From assembly GCA_038259265.1 (NCBI GenBank), contig JBBSOY010000001.1, forward strand, positions 562 to 64,561: a stretch of 64,000 nucleotides of DNA. The letters run 5' to 3'. The notes beneath the pieces were generated by a model that saw only the letters and a program-made list of their open reading frames with translations, did no database searches and was not told the DNA's origin. A program made the position numbers and the translations under genes. This document shows, in pieces, positions 9,236 to 18,704 of this stretch. The stretch comes from Minisyncoccia bacterium. Lineage in GTDB: Bacteria > Patescibacteriota > Minisyncoccia > Phycocordibacterales > DATGWK01. Each line of letters begins with the position of its first letter. Positions within the stretch are counted from its first letter, which is position 1.

Positions 9236-10219
9236 TTACTTTCGAGCGATAACTTTTTTCACAGCATTAACGATAGAGTCAGTGTCCATGCCGTAGTGTT
9301 CGAGGAGTTCGTCGGTTTTGCCGGACTGGCCGAAATGATCATCGACGCCGATAAATTCAATTGGCACTGGTTGATGTTTTGCGAGACATTCCGCAATTGC
9401 ACTGCCCATGCCGCCACGAATCTGATGTTCTTCGACAGTCACGATCGCGCCGGCTTTTTTTGCTTGCGTAACAAGCGCCTCTTCATCGAGCGGTTTGATG
9501 GTCGTGAGATTTAAAACGTTTACCTGGATTCCTTCAGCTTCCAAATTTCGAGCGGCAACGAGGGCCTTGTGCGTGAGTGCGCCCGTAGAAATAATTGTTG
9601 CCTGAGGATTTTCTGTTTCCCAAAAAATCTGCGCTTTACCTATTTCAAAAGGTGTTTCTGCCGTTGTCATAACCGGTGTTTTTTCTCGAGCAAGACGAAT
9701 GTAAACCGGCGTATCGGTTTTTGCCGCAGCGATCGTCGCCTTTTTTGCTTCGACGGAATCGCACGGAGAAATGACAACCATGCGCGGAATGACCCGAGTG
9801 ATGGCCATGTCTTCGATGGCCTGATGCGTGCCGCCGTCTGGACCGACAGAAATGCCCGCGTGACTGCCCGCAATTTTCACCGGCTGGTTGTTGTAGCAAA
9901 TGGTCGTGCGGATCTGTTCCCAATTTCGGCCCGGGCTAAACATGGCGTATGAGGTAATGAAAGGAATCTTGCCCATCGCTGCCATGCCGGACGCAGTCGA
10001 AGCCAGATTTTGTTCAGCAACTCCTATCTGCACAAAACGTTCCGGAAATTTTTTCGCAAATAAAAGAGTCTGAGTGGATTCAGTGAGATCGGCACAAAGC
10101 GCCACGACATTTTCGTCGGCTTCCCCCGCCGCGAGCAAGCCTTCACCATAGCCTTTTCGAATTGGCACTTGCTCGACATCGGTATCGAAAACTTTTTGAT
10201 TTAAATTTGAATTAAGCAT
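9236..10219 (-). CDS. tkt: transketolase, C-terminal subunit (pyrimidine-binding + C-terminal domains)
   Basis: 327 aa. GSHAGISVGPDGGTHQAIEDMA... matches the Pyr and C-terminal domains of split transketolase. Confidence 0.88.
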   Translation of the reverse strand: MLNSNLNQKVFDTDVEQVPIRKGYGEGLLAAGEADENVVALCADLTESTQTLLFAKKFPERFVQIGVAEQNLASTASGMAAMGKIPFITSYAMFSPGRNWEQIRTTICYNNQPVKIAGSHAGISVGPDGGTHQAIEDMAITRVIPRMVVISPCDSVEAKKATIAAAKTDTPVYIRLAREKTPVMTTAETPFEIGKAQIFWETENPQATIISTGALTHKALVAARNLEAEGIQVNVLNLTTIKPLDEEALVTQAKKAGAIVTVEEHQIRGGMGSAIAECLAKHQPVPIEFIGVDDHFGQSGKTDELLEHYGMDTDSIVNAVKKVIARK

Positions 10220-10275
10220 GTTGAAATATTTTTTCAGTCTTTAGATAGAAGATAGACCTACTGAAACTTAGAAAC

Positions 10276-11145
10276 TTATTCATGTTCGCTGCGGATTTTG
10301 CCGCCGAATGTTCGGAGGGCAGCAATAGCCATTTCGGCTTCTTCTTTGTTTGGCGGTTTGCCGTGCCATTCGAATTTGCGCTCGAATTCAGGCACACCTT
10401 TGCCGGGAATCGTTCGAGCGATGATGACCGACGGCTTTTCAAAAACTGCTTTGGCTTTGTTCACCGCATCGACGATCTCTTCCATGTTGTGCCCGTCGAT
10501 TTCCTGCACATGCCAATTCCAAGCGCGCCATTTGTCGGCGAGAGGTTCGAGCGGCATAATGTCTTCAGTAAAACCGTCGATCTGAATGTTGTTGCGGTCG
10601 ATGATTGCCACCAGGTTTCGAAGTCGATTTTTTCCTGCAAGCATAGCGGCTTCCCAGATCTGGCCGCAGTCATGTTCCCCGTCGCTCAACAATGCAAAAA
10701 TAGTTTTGTGACTTTCTACGCCATTATCAATTCGGTCGGCCAGCGCCATACCAACTGCCTGCGACAAACCAGAACCGAGTGGCCCAGAACTTGTTTCAAG
10801 CGAGGTTAAAAATTCGCGGTGCGGATGCCCCTGCAAACGACTGCCGAATTTTCGAAGCGTCATTAATTCTTCCATTGGAAAATAGCCAGCGTGAGCCATG
10901 GTCGCATACAACACCGGACAAATGTGGCCGTTTGAAAGAACGACGCGGTCGCGGTCGGGCCAAGCTGGGAGCTTTGGATTGTGATTTAAAATATGGAAAA
11001 AGAGAGCCGTAAACACATCGGCCATACCAAGCGGCCCCGCCGTGTGACCCGAGCCAGCTTCGAGAAGCATAGTGATGATCGACTGGCGAATTTCATTCGC
11101 CTTGAGCTCGAGAGCTTTTATTTCTTTGTCAGTGATGTCAGGCAT
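10276..11145 (-). CDS. tkt: transketolase, N-terminal subunit (TPP-binding)
   Basis: 289 aa. SGHTAGPLGMAD, GDGEHDCGQIWEA and NLVAIIDRN TPP-binding motifs. Directly upstream of the C-terminal subunit. Confidence 0.88.
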   Translation of the reverse strand: MPDITDKEIKALELKANEIRQSIITMLLEAGSGHTAGPLGMADVFTALFFHILNHNPKLPAWPDRDRVVLSNGHICPVLYATMAHAGYFPMEELMTLRKFGSRLQGHPHREFLTSLETSSGPLGSGLSQAVGMALADRIDNGVESHKTIFALLSDGEHDCGQIWEAAMLAGKNRLRNLVAIIDRNNIQIDGFTEDIMPLEPLADKWRAWNWHVQEIDGHNMEEIVDAVNKAKAVFEKPSVIIARTIPGKGVPEFERKFEWHGKPPNKEEAEMAIAALRTFGGKIRSEHE

Positions 11146-11185
11146 TACTAGTTTTTGATGGAATAAGAACTTTTTAACAAAATTT

Positions 11186-11240
11186 GAACGAGATTTGAAC
11201 GAGATTTGAACGAGATTTGAACGAGATTTGAACGAGATTT
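11186..11240. repeat. perfect 11-bp tandem repeat (gaacgagattt) x5 in the rpe-tkt intergenic spacer
   Basis: Five exact head-to-tail copies at 11186-11240 followed by the partial acgaaac. On the transcribed minus strand it reads aaatctcgttc x5. Confidence 0.95.
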
Positions 11241-11970
11241 ACGAAACAAGATTGAAAAATTCATCGATGGCTTCCGGAATATTTTCACTTTCAAAAATTG
11301 CTGAACCGATAACGAGCCGATTGGCACCTGCTTCCACCAAGCGCGGTGCGGTCTCCATATTTACACTGCCATCGACACTAATTGTAACGTCTGGATGCGC
11401 AGCCCGCAAACTGGAAATCTTTTCCAACACACGTTCGTCGAATGGCTGACCCTGAAAACCAATTTTCTGAATGCCCATAAACTGCACAAAGTCGACAAGC
11501 TCCGCGACAATGAGCGGTTCCACAACTTCATTCGGCGTTTCAGGATTCAGGGCAATGCCGATTTCTGTATACAAAAACGAATCAATCGACGGCAAAGTAC
11601 TTTTTATTTCCTGTAAAATCGCTTTCGGCTCAGACATGGATTCAACGTGCACGATAATTCTTTTGGCGCCGGCCGCAATCCATTCAGGTACTGCCACGCG
11701 CGGGTTTGAAACCATCAGGTCGACTTCAAAATCGAGTTCTTCCCACAACGGAAAGCCGCCCTCTTCTTTCACAATTTGTGCAAAATCTGGATCGGCAATG
11801 CCACTTTTTTTCGTGTCATCGTTTTTCACATACGGCCACGAACGACTCGGCACAAAAACGCCGTCCATAACATCGATTTGCACATGCGAAACAAGACCCG
11901 ACACGAGTGAAAGATCTTCGTTTAAATCTTCAAAACTTTTTGGCATTATCGCCGGAATGATTTCGATCAT
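11239..11970 (-). CDS. rpe: ribulose-phosphate 3-epimerase
   Basis: 243 aa. HVQIDVMDGVFVP and VDGSVN motifs. Confidence 0.85.
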   Translation of the reverse strand: MIEIIPAIMPKSFEDLNEDLSLVSGLVSHVQIDVMDGVFVPSRSWPYVKNDDTKKSGIADPDFAQIVKEEGGFPLWEELDFEVDLMVSNPRVAVPEWIAAGAKRIIVHVESMSEPKAILQEIKSTLPSIDSFLYTEIGIALNPETPNEVVEPLIVAELVDFVQFMGIQKIGFQGQPFDERVLEKISSLRAAHPDVTISVDGSVNMETAPRLVEAGANRLVIGSAIFESENIPEAIDEFFNLVS

Positions 11971-11972
11971 AG

Positions 11973-12461
11973 CTACATTTTTATTTCGTCGATTTTTCGA
12001 AGGCGACGCACATGGTTTTCATTTTCACTAAACGGAATCGTGAGAAATGTTTTGACGGCTTCTTTGGCATCAGCGACGGAAATAAATCGCGCACCGAGCG
12101 ACAACACGTTTGCGTCGTTGTGTTCGCGAGCGGTTTTAACTTCGAGCGGAATGTGCTGGCCGGGCTCCACATGTTCTGGCCGATACTGCCCATTGAAAAC
12201 CACCGCACGCACATGTCGAAAACGATTGGCGACGATCGCTTCGCCCTGGCCCGAGCCACCAATGATGATTCCCTGCTTCACGCCGCCGCTTTCAGAAATT
12301 TCTCGCGCGAGCGGGATCATGGAATCTGGATAGTCGTCATCTGCGTTAAATTCATGGGCACCAAAATCCTTTACCTCGTAGCCCATATCGCGCAAAAATG
12401 GGATTAGTTCTTGTTTGAGTTCAAAGCCAGCGTGGTCCGCAGCGATCAGTATTGTTTGCAT
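11973..12461 (-). CDS. rpiB: ribose-5-phosphate isomerase B
   Basis: 162 aa. MQTILIAADHAGFELK...IIGGSGQGEAIVANR matches the RpiB/LacAB family. Confidence 0.85.
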   Translation of the reverse strand: MQTILIAADHAGFELKQELIPFLRDMGYEVKDFGAHEFNADDDYPDSMIPLAREISESGGVKQGIIIGGSGQGEAIVANRFRHVRAVVFNGQYRPEHVEPGQHIPLEVKTAREHNDANVLSLGARFISVADAKEAVKTFLTIPFSENENHVRRLRKIDEIKM

Positions 12462-12620
12462 AAAAATAGTATATCAAAAAATATATGGCCTGCGTTTGCG
12501 CATCGCGCGTTGACTTAAATTAATTTAAATGGTATTAAATAGTTAGAAAGGATTTGTATTCTGTGGCTTTTCCCAGGACTTTTCCCTGTTTTTCACCCCG
12601 TTCCTTGTAAAGGAGTTACT

Positions 12621-13709
12621 ATGAAGATTGCGAGGATTGTTGCGATGCTTTTGTTTGCGATCTTGATCCTGTCGTCTGTTCAACAGGTCAATGCCGGCGT
12701 CCAGTTTTCGGTCACCGACCTCGGCACCCTCGGCGGTATACGAATCAGGCCAACCGCGGTCAACAATAATGGCGAGGTCGTTGGGCACTCATCGACGACG
12801 ATCGACGGAAATGAGGGGCCCGACCAGGCTTTTTTCTGGTCGGCAGGTGTCATGACCGGGCTCAATTCCGCAGATACTTTGTCCTCGTGGGCAACCCACA
12901 TCAATGACAGCGGCGTCATTGTCGGCAGAGCATTCACGGCGGCGGGGTCGCGGGCATTCCGATACGACCATGCCGGCGACATGACCATGACGTATCTTCA
13001 TAATATCGGTTTCGAAGCCCTCACTGAAGCGACCGGCATCAACAATGCCGGGCAAATCACAGGCAATGGTCCCGGCGGCGCCTTCGTTTTTACGAGCGAA
13101 AGCAACTGGCACTACCTGCCGGCTGATGGGGTGCGCATGCATTCAGCACGCGGCATCAACAACATCGGCCAAGTCATCGGCTGGGGTGAGTCAAATGATT
13201 TCGCCCAACGAGCCGCGCTTTACAACGGTACGAATGTCATGGACATCGGGCCGTCGGACGGCACATCGAGTGACGCCTACGCTGTGAATGACCTCGGACA
13301 AGTAGCCGGCTGGCTCTACAACGACTCAAACGAGCAGCATGCTGCCATCTTTAGCAATGGCACGGCCCAAGACCTTGGCGCCATGGGTGGCAGTTCGAGC
13401 ACAGCGCTCGGTATCAACATCTTCGGCGACTGCGTTGGCCGGGCTGAATTTGGCCCAGACCCTTCGGCCTATCGCGCGTTCTACTTCGATGGCGACCACA
13501 TGGTCGACCTCAATTCCTTGATCGACCCCGCGCTCGGTTGGTCGCTTCTCGAAGCGACCAACCTCAACGACCTTGGCCAGATCGTCGGATATGGCGTCAA
13601 CGGTGCCGGTCAAGAACGTGCATTCTTGCTCACGCCCGTTCCCGCTCCGGGAACACTCGGCACCTTTGGCCTACTGGCACTCGCCATCAAGCGTCGCCGC
13701 GCCGCCTAA
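12621..13709 (+). CDS. secreted HAF-family repeat protein with PEP-CTERM-like C-terminal sorting signal
   Basis: Signal peptide, then at least 6 repeats of [IV]N[ND]xGQ[IV][IV]G with downstream (H/R)AF motifs. C-terminus TPVPAPGTLGTFGLLALAIKRRRAA (PAP - hydrophobic helix - RRR). GC about 60%, higher than neighbours. Confidence 0.6.
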   Translation: MKIARIVAMLLFAILILSSVQQVNAGVQFSVTDLGTLGGIRIRPTAVNNNGEVVGHSSTTIDGNEGPDQAFFWSAGVMTGLNSADTLSSWATHINDSGVIVGRAFTAAGSRAFRYDHAGDMTMTYLHNIGFEALTEATGINNAGQITGNGPGGAFVFTSESNWHYLPADGVRMHSARGINNIGQVIGWGESNDFAQRAALYNGTNVMDIGPSDGTSSDAYAVNDLGQVAGWLYNDSNEQHAAIFSNGTAQDLGAMGGSSSTALGINIFGDCVGRAEFGPDPSAYRAFYFDGDHMVDLNSLIDPALGWSLLEATNLNDLGQIVGYGVNGAGQERAFLLTPVPAPGTLGTFGLLALAIKRRRAA

Positions 13710-13797
13710 TTTCTTCAAAACAACTTCAAATTTTCTACAAATCAAGTAACATCCTACACCTCAAGGCCGACGGACATCCGTCGGCCTTTTCTATTTA

Positions 13798-14370
13798 TTA
13801 TAATAAAAGTGATTCTTTTTTAACTAATGATCCGAGCTCTTCCCACACTCCCTTTGGCTCATTAGCAAAATCAGTGGGTAATTCTAGATCGCACGCTAAA
13901 TCTCTAATTTGATCGTAGTCAGTTTCGGTTTCCACAAAAATATAATTGGCTGAACCACATATATTGTAAGCCGCCTCCTGTCGACTAATGAAATTTTTAT
14001 TAGCCAATTCAATGTTCTCCCGGCAATATTGAATGAATTTATACTTTCTAACCCCGAGCGGTAGCGCGTTCACATTGTCCATCTTTTTTTTCATTGCTTC
14101 TATCGCCTGAACTTTTTCATCACTAGGTAGGATCTCTAACGCAGACGTGTAGAGTTTTTTTACTTCCTCAGTCGATCCACCAAACATGAGAAGCTGGTCA
14201 ATATTGAGAACCAGGTCAAAAAGTGGTTCATCAGTATGTATAAAAGCGTGCCAATCAATTTTATTGAATGGATTTTTCGTACCTCCATAGCATATACATG
14301 CCTCTTTCGAATCGAGTTCATAATCTGAAATTATTTTTGCGGCCAGTGAAAGAATTTCTTTTCTCGTCAT
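13798..14370 (-). CDS. hypothetical protein (190 aa), AT-rich
   Basis: Clean ORF with no recognisable motif. Compositionally distinct (about 35% GC) from the adjacent GC-rich HAF gene. Confidence 0.5.
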   Translation of the reverse strand: MTRKEILSLAAKIISDYELDSKEACICYGGTKNPFNKIDWHAFIHTDEPLFDLVLNIDQLLMFGGSTEEVKKLYTSALEILPSDEKVQAIEAMKKKMDNVNALPLGVRKYKFIQYCRENIELANKNFISRQEAAYNICGSANYIFVETETDYDQIRDLACDLELPTDFANEPKGVWEELGSLVKKESLLL

Positions 14371-14387
14371 AAATTAATCATAATTTA

Positions 14388-14434
14388 AAATAGAAATATT
14401 TAAACAACCCCGTGACAGAAATGTCACGGGGTTG
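14388..14434 (-). terminator. rho-independent terminator after small ORF 14443..14670
   Basis: 13-bp perfect stem caaccccgtgaca/tgtcacggggttg with a GAAA loop, followed on the minus strand by a T-rich run. Confidence 0.65.
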
Positions 14435-14442
14435 TGGACAAT

Positions 14443-14670
14443 TTATCGCTTGTCCTTGTGAGTGTTGCAGTGGGCAACCTTGCCACCACCACTAGTTTCC
14501 TTCACGACAACATGGCTGTGATTTTCCTTGCTGCCGCCCTTGTCACACAGATGATGTGTATTGCCCTCATTGTCCACCTTGGTATTGGAAGACGAGCCAT
14601 CATCATTCTTTGCCCAACCAGACCATCCAGCCATAGCACACCGCCTTTCATGAAAAAGAACAGGAATCAT
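14443..14670 (-). CDS. small Cys/His/Gly-rich hypothetical protein (about 63-75 aa)
   Basis: ORF ends 9 nt before a strong terminator. Contains HHLCDKGG...HCNTH. Start ambiguous (14670 or the internal MAGWSGW). Confidence 0.35.
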   Translation of the reverse strand: MIPVLFHERRCAMAGWSGWAKNDDGSSSNTKVDNEGNTHHLCDKGGSKENHSHVVVKETSGGGKVAHCNTHKDKR

Positions 14671-14826
14671 ACTCGCAACACACGAGTAATCCCTCTTAAT
14701 AGATTAAGACTTGTGAAAATGTTGTCCATACACAACAACAGATTCTTTAAAATCATAGTAAAACATCCTTACAATTATCACGAAAGAAGCAAAATGAGCC
14801 GTGGTTTGTTGACGAGAAACGACAGC

Positions 14827-15129
14827 TTATTTTTCACCCTTTAAAATCAATCGAAGATTATAGCCACCACGCTCTTGTAATTTTTTCTGACGGATAGACT
14901 CAACTTCACTATATTCGGGTAATTTTTTGAGAGCCTCGACGACTTCCATAAGATCAGCCAGTTCTTCCGGATCACCGGCTTCGGAAAATTCAGCATATTC
15001 TTCCCCTAGCTTTTTAATAAGTTCGACTTTAAATTCCACACCCTCAGCGATTCTTTTTTCGTACAACACACCCTTCGCATCAAGCATCTCGGGGATTTTA
15101 TCTCGAACGAGTTTGTTGTAAATTGTCAT
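14827..15129 (-). CDS. MazG-like / HisE-like nucleotide pyrophosphohydrolase (small all-alpha NTP-PPase)
   Basis: 100 aa. YNKLVRDKIPE ... EE..E...EE.ADL..V acidic helices typical of the MazG/PRA-PH fold. Confidence 0.6.
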   Translation of the reverse strand: MTIYNKLVRDKIPEMLDAKGVLYEKRIAEGVEFKVELIKKLGEEYAEFSEAGDPEELADLMEVVEALKKLPEYSEVESIRQKKLQERGGYNLRLILKGEK

Positions 15130-15144
15130 GTGTGTAAAAATCTT

Positions 15145-16179
15145 TTATTTAACGTACCCCCCAGTCATCACAACATGGTCAACAAGCGCATGGGTATACC
15201 CCATTTCGTTGTCGTACCAGGCCATAACTTTTACGAGATTGCCATCGACGACGCGGGTCAAGGCGAGATCAGCGATCGACGCATGACTGTTGCCCAAAAT
15301 GTCGGACGACACGAGCGGCTCGCTCGTGACCGCAAAAATTCGCTCCCAGCGTTTTTCAGCAGCAGCTTTGGTCAAAATAGAATTGATCTCCTCAACGGTA
15401 GTATTTCTTTTGGCGAGGAACGTAATGTCGACAATCGAACCTGCAGGCACCGGCACGCGCACAGAAATACCGTCAAACTTTCCCTTAAGTTCTGGCAAAG
15501 CCTGAGTGACCGCAATGGCCGCGCCGGTTGACGACGGCACGATATTTTGCGCAGCCGCTCGGCCTTCGCGAAGGTCTTTTTTGCTTGGACCGTCGACGAG
15601 CGACTGGCTGGCGGTGTAGCCGTGCACGGTGTTGAGAATGGCCTTTTCGATACCGATCGTTTCGTTCAAAATTGCCATGACCGGCGAACCGGCATTTGTC
15701 GTACACGATGCATTCGAACTAATGTCGCAGGTTTCGAGTTTTTCATCATTGATACCGAGGAGCACGGTCGCACCTCGAAGGTCGCCCACTGGTTCGTCTT
15801 TTACCGGAGCTGAAATGACCACACGCTTTGCGCCTGCGTCCAAATGCGCTTTAGATTTTTCGTATGAAGTATAAAAACCGGTCGACTCAACAACGACATC
15901 GACGTCGAATTGTTTCCATGGAAGGTTTGCTGGTTCCTTTTCACTTACAAACGCCACTGACTTACCGTCTATGATGAGCGACTTTTTGTCGGCAGAAACT
16001 TCGACGGTAAAATCTGACTTACCATACACCGTATCGTATTTTAAAAGGTACGCGATACTTTCGATGCTTCCGAGGTCGTTGATCGCCACGATGTCGAGCT
16101 CTTTTCGTTCGCGTGCGACTTTTAAAAAGGCTCGGCCGATTCTTCCCGCTCCGTTAATAGCAATTTTTATTTGTTTCAT
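15145..16179 (-). CDS. gap: glyceraldehyde-3-phosphate dehydrogenase
   Basis: 344 aa. INGAGRIGR Rossmann motif, SNASCTTN active-site Cys, WYDNEMGY C-terminus. Confidence 0.93.
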   Translation of the reverse strand: MKQIKIAINGAGRIGRAFLKVARERKELDIVAINDLGSIESIAYLLKYDTVYGKSDFTVEVSADKKSLIIDGKSVAFVSEKEPANLPWKQFDVDVVVESTGFYTSYEKSKAHLDAGAKRVVISAPVKDEPVGDLRGATVLLGINDEKLETCDISSNASCTTNAGSPVMAILNETIGIEKAILNTVHGYTASQSLVDGPSKKDLREGRAAAQNIVPSSTGAAIAVTQALPELKGKFDGISVRVPVPAGSIVDITFLAKRNTTVEEINSILTKAAAEKRWERIFAVTSEPLVSSDILGNSHASIADLALTRVVDGNLVKVMAWYDNEMGYTHALVDHVVMTGGYVK

Positions 16180-16367
16180 GGCGTGTCTGAATTAAATTTC
16201 TAAATGATTGTAATGGAGTAAGTATATCAGACACGAAAGACGCAAAAAATCATCACCTCATTTTTCATAATAAAAAACCGCCCCGAGGTGGAGCGGCTTT
16301 GATGGCAATACATACGCGAACACACGTCACACATGGTTGCTTGTGTCATATCGGCTTAGAGGGCGTC

Positions 16368-16751
16368 CTAACGGCCCAGAAAATGAAGAGCAAGCTGCGA
16401 ATTAGGTAGGCGCGTATAATGCACCCCAACAGGATCATCCGATACATATACTGCCACGACAGGGATGGTATGAATTTGTTCGATCTGCGACACAATAAGC
16501 AATCGCAGGATCTCAAGAAGAGGGTCAGAACATTGACGTACATACTGTTGAGCGGTACGTTCCAAAGTAACCATCTCATCTTCTGAAAAGACAATCAATG
16601 ATCGTGTTTGAAACGACGTATTTTTAATATGTTCCAGAAGTATGTCTGACAACGACACGAGTCCCAACCCTGTTCTACAATTGAAACTGCGCCACTTTTT
16701 CTTCTCCCATTTCTTCTCTCCACCCTTCTCAACCACGGTCCACCTTTGCAT
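16368..16751 (-). CDS. hypothetical protein (127 aa)
   Basis: Good SD (AAAGGAGA, 5-nt spacer) before the ATG at 16751. No recognisable motif. Confidence 0.5.
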   Translation of the reverse strand: MQRWTVVEKGGEKKWEKKKWRSFNCRTGLGLVSLSDILLEHIKNTSFQTRSLIVFSEDEMVTLERTAQQYVRQCSDPLLEILRLLIVSQIEQIHTIPVVAVYVSDDPVGVHYTRLPNSQLALHFLGR

Positions 16752-16957
16752 CGCTGTCTCCTTTGTTGTTTGAATTGACCGCTTGAATCACGAGCAGAAA
16801 TAAATATTCTGTCGCACATTTCTACACAGAAAATAACTTAAAATAAGGAAGATGTCAATGTTTTATAAAAGCCGAAAATCCGTTTAAAAAAACCGTCCGA
16901 GCCGATAGGCAGGGACGGTTTCATATGTGCGGCGATTTGGTGTGAGCAGACTCCACA

Positions 16958-17392
16958 TCACCGCCGGCTCTTGCGAACCATGTCTTGGATAATTAAATCA
17001 CGGTTGGGGTCATTGCAGTGAGCCACCTGGAAGTCGAAGTGGTCGGCGGCGGCATCAATGTCAGCCTGAGTGATAAACGCGTCTCCGGTGATGCCTGGCG
17101 CATAGAACGATGCGTAGAAACCGCCGTCGCTACGATGTTGGCTCAACACGTAGATACCCGGGAAGATGGGACCGGTCGAACCCATTATTTTTTCTTTGAC
17201 GACGATCACTGCCCCCAGTTTTGCCTCATCCTTCCCGACATCCGTCGGAACAACGAGTCCCGAGACCTTGATCTGGTTCGGCATCGGATTCATGAACTGC
17301 GGAATGACGAGCAAGGCGAGACACACGAGGATCACGACGACGATCAGAATCTCGACTAAATGAAAGGCCCGACTTGCATTGTTTCTTAACAT
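16958..17392 (-). CDS. type IV pilin / pseudopilin-like protein
   Basis: The internal start MLRNNASRA-FHLVEILIVVVILV has a short basic leader and a hydrophobic helix with Glu at +5, the class III prepilin signal, with Ala rather than Gly at -1. The track ORF extends upstream to 17443. Confidence 0.6.
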   Translation of the reverse strand: MLRNNASRAFHLVEILIVVVILVCLALLVIPQFMNPMPNQIKVSGLVVPTDVGKDEAKLGAVIVVKEKIMGSTGPIFPGIYVLSQHRSDGGFYASFYAPGITGDAFITQADIDAAADHFDFQVAHCNDPNRDLIIQDMVRKSRR

Positions 17393-17496
17393 GTTTCTGC
17401 TCCCTCCTGTAAAAGTGCTGGTTGGACGATTCACAATCGTCATTAAATTCTTTCATGAGAATAACATTAAAATTTCATAAATGTCAAGGATTCTAG

Positions 17497-17529
17497 GAAT
17501 AAAAGAAAAAACGCCCAGGCTGTGAAGCC
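17497..17529 (-). terminator. rho-independent terminator downstream of nrdB
   Basis: aaaacgcc...ggcgtttt outer stem, inner 4-bp stem capped by a GTGA tetraloop, then a T-tract on the minus strand. Confidence 0.6.
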
Positions 17530-17675
17530 GAGGCGTTTTAGGGTTTGAGGAACGAGTCATTTAACAACACTTCACCAGCCATCCCACTTCATCTGCTCGG
17601 CAGCAAGGGTGGGTGTCATAGACCTCGCAGATTTCAGGGCCTTTGACGCTCACTTTTGGGTGTATTTTTACTCTT

Positions 17676-18704
17676 CTATTCCTCCCCCATTTTGGCGGTT
17701 TCGGCCTTTTCGGTTTTTGGTGTGGCGGTGTGGGCACGGCCGTCGACTTCGTAGCTTGTGTTTTGGGATTCGAAAAAGTTTACGAGTTCGAAAACGTCAG
17801 ACGCAGTCGACATCCATTTTGCCGGGTTTGAAACATTGTAGTGCTTTGGCATGCCGAGTTCTTCGAGGCGACGGTCGGCGACGTACTGCACGTACTGATT
17901 CACATAGTCGGCGTTCAAACCGAGAATGCCGTTTGGAAAGAGGTCGCGGTTGTAGGCAGTTTCGAGGTTCACGCCTTCGATCACAATGTTGCGAATTTCG
18001 TTCGCGAATTCTTCGGTCAAAAGTTCCTGATTTTCTTCCAGAATGTTGTGGATGAGATTAATGCCGAACTGCAAATGCAAACTTTCATCGCGCAACACCC
18101 AGTTGATCATCGAGCCAAAGTTTCGGAGTTTGTTTCGCTGGCGGAATGAAAGGGCCACCATGAAGCCCGAGTAAAACCAAATGCCTTCCATGACGATATT
18201 CGTCGCAACAAGATTTCGAATGAAATCTTTTTTGCCTTCGATCGTAGTGATGTCGAGCGACTGTTCGGTCATGCGCATCAAATATTTATTAATGAACGCT
18301 TCTTTGGCTTTCATTGATGAAGTTTCTAGGTGAAGGTCGAAGATTTTTTCGCGGTCGAATGGGAAGGTTTCCAAAACGTATTCAAACGCCACGCAATGAT
18401 TCGCCTCTTCCCACATTTGCTTTGCCAAATAGAGATGGCATTCCGGTGACTTTAAATATGGATACACGCCGAGCGCGATCGAACGGTTCACAATGAGTTC
18501 GGCTGGATTGAAAAAGGCCATCAAAAATTTCACTGCATGACGTTCGTCGTCGGTCATTTTTGTGAAGTCATCGAGATCTTCTTTGAGGGCGATTTCATGC
18601 GGAAACCAGGTGTTTCGGACGGCGGTGTTGTAGAGATCGTAGGCCCACTTGTATCGAAGTGGGTGCAATGACATATCTTCCGGTGAGGCTTTTCCAAGTA
18701 GCAT
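17676..18704 (-). CDS. nrdB: ribonucleotide reductase class Ia, beta (small) subunit
   Basis: 342 aa. Di-iron ligand motifs (RDESLH, EGIWFYSGF), C-terminal acidic tail. Confidence 0.9.
   Translation of the reverse strand: MLLGKASPEDMSLHPLRYKWAYDLYNTAVRNTWFPHEIALKEDLDDFTKMTDDERHAVKFLMAFFNPAELIVNRSIALGVYPYLKSPECHLYLAKQMWEEANHCVAFEYVLETFPFDREKIFDLHLETSSMKAKEAFINKYLMRMTEQSLDITTIEGKKDFIRNLVATNIVMEGIWFYSGFMVALSFRQRNKLRNFGSMINWVLRDESLHLQFGINLIHNILEENQELLTEEFANEIRNIVIEGVNLETAYNRDLFPNGILGLNADYVNQYVQYVADRRLEELGMPKHYNVSNPAKWMSTASDVFELVNFFESQNTSYEVDGRAHTATPKTEKAETAKMGEE

Noticed and set aside
11186-11240. 11-bp tandem repeat as a CRISPR array
   Set aside because: Units are contiguous with no spacers, only 11 bp long, and there are no cas genes. 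This is a microsatellite-like tandem repeat.
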